A program made the translations under genes and the position numbers. A stretch of 64,000 nt of DNA from the human T2T-CHM13v2.0 reference genome, Homo sapiens: the NCBI RefSeq assembly GCF_009914755.1, contig NC_060947.1; one strand, 5' to 3'. The notes beneath the pieces are model-generated. The model ran no database searches, had not been told where the DNA came from, and saw only the letters and a program-made list of their open reading frames with translations. Position 1 is the first letter of the stretch; every line of letters starts with the position of its first letter. Positions 59,687 through 64,000 of the stretch are shown in pieces.

Positions 59687-60004
59687 AGCCTGAAGAACTA
59701 CCATTAGTATTTCTTGTAGTCTAGACTGGCTAGTTGTGGATGTTGTTCACTTTTATCTAAGAATATTTCAATTTCTCCTTTATTTTTTTCAAATCAAAAC
59801 TTTTGTTTGACAGGCCTTTCTCTTTGTACTTTGAATATTTCATCCCACTAACTTCTGACTTTATGATTTCTGATAAGTCAGTTGTTAATATCATTTAGGA
59901 TTACTTTTAGATAATATGTTGCCTATCTTTTGCTCCTTTCAAAATTTTCTGCTTGTCCTTCAACAGCTTGATTATAATTATGTGTCTAGGTGTGTATCTC
60001 TTGG

Positions 60005-60710
60005 GAGACATTCTGACAATTCCTCAAAATGTTAAACATAGGTTACTATATGACCCAACAATTTCACACTTTGCTATATACTCAAGAGAATTTCAAACAT
60101 ATATTTACATATTAACTTGTACACAAACATTCACAACATCATTATTCATAATAGCTACGATATGGGGAATGACCCAAAAGTCCATCAGATGCTAAAAGGT
60201 TAACCAAAATGTGGTATATTCATAAAATTGAATATTGTTTGGCAGTAAAATCTATGAATTACTGTTATATGCTGCAACATTGGTGAATCTTAGAAACATG
60301 CTAAGTGAAAGCAGTTAGACACAATAGGGCATGAATCGCATGAATCTATTTATATAAGTTATCCAGAATAAGTCAATCCATAGAGACAGAAAGGGAATTA
60401 ATTGTTGCCAGGGCCTTGCAGGAGGGAAGAACAAGGAGTGATTGCTAATAGATACAGAATGACTAAAATATTCTAAAAATTTATTGTAGTGTTGGTTTCA
60501 CAACCATCACAGTTTATTTGTATATATATTAAGATGGTACAAAAGTAATTGTGGTTTTTCCATTAAAAGTAATGGCAAAAACCACAATTGCTTTTGCATC
60601 AACCTAACCTAATACTAAACACCAGTGAATTGTACAATATAAAAGGGTTCATTTTAGGGTTAATTTTATGTCTTGTTAATTATATCTCAATAAAGCTAGT
60701 ATAAAAAAAG
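60005..60710 (+). mobile_element. L1MB/MC 3' end
   Basis: atatgacccaacaatttcac, tatatctcaataaagct. Confidence 0.7.
60529..60607. mobile_element. MADE1 (Hsmar1-derived MITE)
   Basis: About 80-nt imperfect palindrome ggtacaaaagtaattgtggttttt ... aaaaaccacaattgcttttgcatc. Confidence 0.85.
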
Positions 60711-62487
60711 AAATGGAGTGCTAATACTAAAAATGAATAAATAAGTCAATAATTGACAGTCAAAAATAGTGTGATCTCTTTCAACTTTTATAGCCATCAT
60801 CATTAGTAGTTGTAATAGTAGTGATAGCAGTAGCATTTCATTGTTATTGACTGGAGTATTTGCTCTTGGAGATATAAATTTATTTATATCAGAGTGCAGG
60901 AGAGTAAGATTGCAGCCATTTCTAACAAAGAATAATACTAGATGAAGACGGATGTTACACTAAGCTCAGGGCATACAATGCAAATGCACAGAGCATAATT
61001 ATTTTTATTTTAGAAAACTTCCAGTTTAAATTTACTTTCTATATTAATTTGAATATCTATGTGACTCTTTAATAAGTACAGTATTAAATTTATTTTTATT
61101 CTGATATTATTGTGTTAATAAGACCCTTTTTGGAAATAAATAATGCATCATTTAGAAGTAAAATCTGTATGTGTTATAGAATTATGAAGCGACAATATCT
61201 CCAGTTGAGAAAACTGTGTAGAGATAAAGAAGAAAACATAAGAAATATAAACATGGTAAGTAAACGGAGCTGAGTTTTTCAAAATTAGTCAATCTTTTTA
61301 ATCTAATCAAAAATATTAAAATATGTATCACGTGATGATTCAATTTAAAATGCACACTCAGAAGCTATCAACTTTTTGCCTACTTTCTTTCTTTATGGCT
61401 AGGAATGTTAGAATTGTTATAGTTATCAAACAAAAACATTTCTAAAACAAATTCTACAATTACTTTGAAAAAATAATAAAGAAAGCAAATGCTATGTAAT
61501 TTTATGTGCTTGAATTTGAAAATAAACTGTATAAAATACCAGACAAACAGATTTGTGGTAGTAAGCTGACAAGAGTAACTAGTGAGTTTCTGCATTTTTC
61601 AAATGCTTGAAGTAAATACATCTATAGGCTGAATGTCTGTGTCTCTGCTCCCAAATTTATGTTGAAATCCTAACCCACAATGTGATAGTATTAGGAGTTA
61701 TGGCCTTCTGTAGGTGATTAGCTTATGACATCAGATCTCTCATGAATTGCATTAGTGTCCTTATAAAAGAGAGCTTAGAGAGCTTCCTTCTCCCTTGCCT
61801 CCCCAATTAAGTGAAGTCACACTGAGAAGACAGCTGTCTCTGAATCAGGAAGCAGGCCCTAACCAGACATTAAATTTGATAGTGCCTTGATCTTGGACCT
61901 CTCAGTCTCCAAAACTGTGAGCAATAAATTTCTGTTGTTTCTAAGCCACCAAGTCTATAATATTTTGTAATAGTTGCCCAAATGGAATGAGACAATATCA
62001 TATAGCTAAAAGCTTCCATAAAGAGTTCACAGCAAAATGAAAAAGTAACCGTATCAATGTGAGTGATTTAAAAACAAAAAACAAATTTTTGTATAAATTA
62101 TGAAAGCTAAATTGTTCTACATTAAATAATTCTATAAGATGCTATTCTATAAAACTTGTATTTAGTCTAATGATGTCCTTAAGGAAATTAGTCATTATAT
62201 TACTTGCAGTCTGATTCATGAGGATTTTCCATATAAATTTCTTCCTAGTCTTAACATCAAAAATATTTGTGCATTTTTCTGAGCCAGTCTCCTGTTTTCA
62301 TCTGATAGGCCCTATTAACTATGTTTTGGTTTCTCTAGTATGTGTATGGATTTAATGATATGTATTTTTCATACAAGCTTCATTCTCAGATATGTTTTAT
62401 ATTCTACTATTGTCATTTTTTTCTTTGTCATAGAATTTATAATATTTCTCTCCTTTTAAATTTTCTTGTAAGTAGCCTTACATTCAT
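60700..62487 (-). pseudogene. Tentative 5' pseudo-exon cluster (62204-62487, 61384-61441, 61036-61213, to 60959)
   Basis: Strong acceptor ttttcttctttatctctacacag at 61214; the 58-nt exon (MFLFDNYNNSNIPSHKER, donor gtaggc) joins in phase to FLNWRYCRFIIL*HIQILLLNDALFISKK; possible ATG at 62487. Confidence 0.35.
61621..61994 (+). mobile_element. MLT1A-type LTR
   Basis: ctgaatgtctgtgtc, gccttgatcttggac, aataaatttctgttg. Confidence 0.8.
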
Positions 62488-62620
62488 GTTGGTGCAGGAT
62501 GAAAAATAAATATTAGGTGTCAATTGACTATTAGACACTTGTTAGGTGTCTCAAAATCAACTGAATTCATAATGTCCAAAACTGAACTTATATCAATTTC
62601 TTTGCAATGCATATATAGTA

Positions 62621-64000
62621 CAGGAATATCTTATTTTATTGCACTTCACTTTATTGTGCCTTGCAGATATTGTGTTTTTTCTTTTTTACAAATGGGAGGT
62701 TTGTAACAATGCTGTGTTGAGCAAGTCTATTAGTACTATTTGTTCAATAGCAAGTGTTCACATAGCATCTATGTATCATATTTTTGTTATTCTAACAATA
62801 TCTCAAAGTTCATTATTATTATTATTATACCTGTTATGGTGATTTTTAATCAGCAGTCTTTGATGTTACCATTGTAAGTGTATGGGATGATGAATCACTC
62901 CCATATAAGAAAGAAAATGTAATTGATCAATTTTGTAGATGTTTTGACTGCTCCAACTACCAGCCATTCCACATCTCTCTGCTTCTCCTTGGGTCTCCCC
63001 CTTTCCTGATACATAGTGCTATTAAAATTGGGCCAGCTAATAACCCTATAATGGCCTCTAAGTGTTCAAGTGAAATGAAGAGAAACAAATCTCTCACTTT
63101 AACTCAAAAGCTAGAAATGATGAAGCTTAGTGAGGAAGGCATGTCAAAAGCAAAAATAGGTTAAAAGCTAGGCCTCTGTGCCAGTTAGTCAAGTTGTGGA
63201 GGCAAAGAAAAATTCTTTGAAAAAAATTAAAAATGCTGTTCCAGTGAACACACAAATGATAAACAAGCAAGACACCCTTTTGCTGATATAGAGAAAATTT
63301 TAGTGGTCTGGATATGAGATCAAATCACATAGTATTTTCTTAAGCTAAAGCCTAATTCAGAGCAAGGCCCAAACTCTCTTCAACTCTCTGAAGGCTGACA
63401 GAAGTGAGGGAGCTGCAGACAGAAAATTTGAATCTAGCTGGGGTTGGTTCATGAGGTTTAAGGAAATAAGCCATCTGCATAATATAGAAGTGCAAGGTGA
63501 AGTAAATGCTAATGAAGAAGCTGCAGCAATTTATCCAGAAGATCTAGCTAAGATAATTGATGAAGGTGTCTACACTAAATAACAGATTTTTAGTGTAGAT
63601 AAAAAAACCATATATTGGAAGAAAATGTCATCAAGGGCTTTCATAGTTAGAGAGAAGTCAATGGTTGTCTTCAAAGCTTCAAAGGACAAGCTGACTTTCT
63701 GTTAGGGGCTAATGCATTTGGTGGCTAACTTGAAGCCAGTGTTCATTAACTATTCTGAAAATCCAAAGGCCCTTACAAATTATGCAAAATGCACTCTGCC
63801 TCTGCTCTATAAATGGAACAACACAGCCTTGATGAGAGCACATCTGTTTTCAGCATGGTTTACTAAATATTTTAAGCTCACTGTTGAGACCTACTGCTCG
63901 GAAAAAAAAAAAAAAGATCCAAAATGTTACTGCTCATTGAAAATGCAGCTAGTCATTTCAGAGCTCTGATGGAGATGTACATGATCATTAATGTCCTTTT
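62621..64000 (+). mobile_element. Tigger1 DNA transposon, 5' part with disrupted transposase
   Basis: TA followed by cagg...ttttattgcacttcactttattg; transposase start atggcctctaagtgttcaagtgaa (MASKCSSE) at 63051; runs off the window. Confidence 0.92.

Overview
Primate (most likely human) AT-rich genomic DNA. Most of the window is interspersed repeats: nested L1MA/MB/MC/PA elements, about 13 Alus, two full MaLR elements (MSTA, THE1), solo LTRs (LTR8, THE1D, MLT1, MLT2, LTR12, MSTA), Tigger1, MER30, MADE1, MIR/L2 and microsatellites. No intact protein-coding gene is visible; nearly all listed ORFs are repeat-derived. However, the non-repeat islands between the elements carry a chain of about 20 minus-strand exon-like segments from about 62.5 kb down to about 1 kb. 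Most have AG/GT boundaries, several joins have matching codon phase, and some frames are long and nearly stop-free. Two frames rejoin across an Alu once the Alu and one target-site duplication (TSD) are removed. My interpretation is a decayed multi-exon (unitary-type) pseudogene of a large protein that I cannot name, with weak RhoGEF (DH)/PH-like motifs. A sense-oriented LTR12 sits inside it. All subfamily calls and translations were done by eye.
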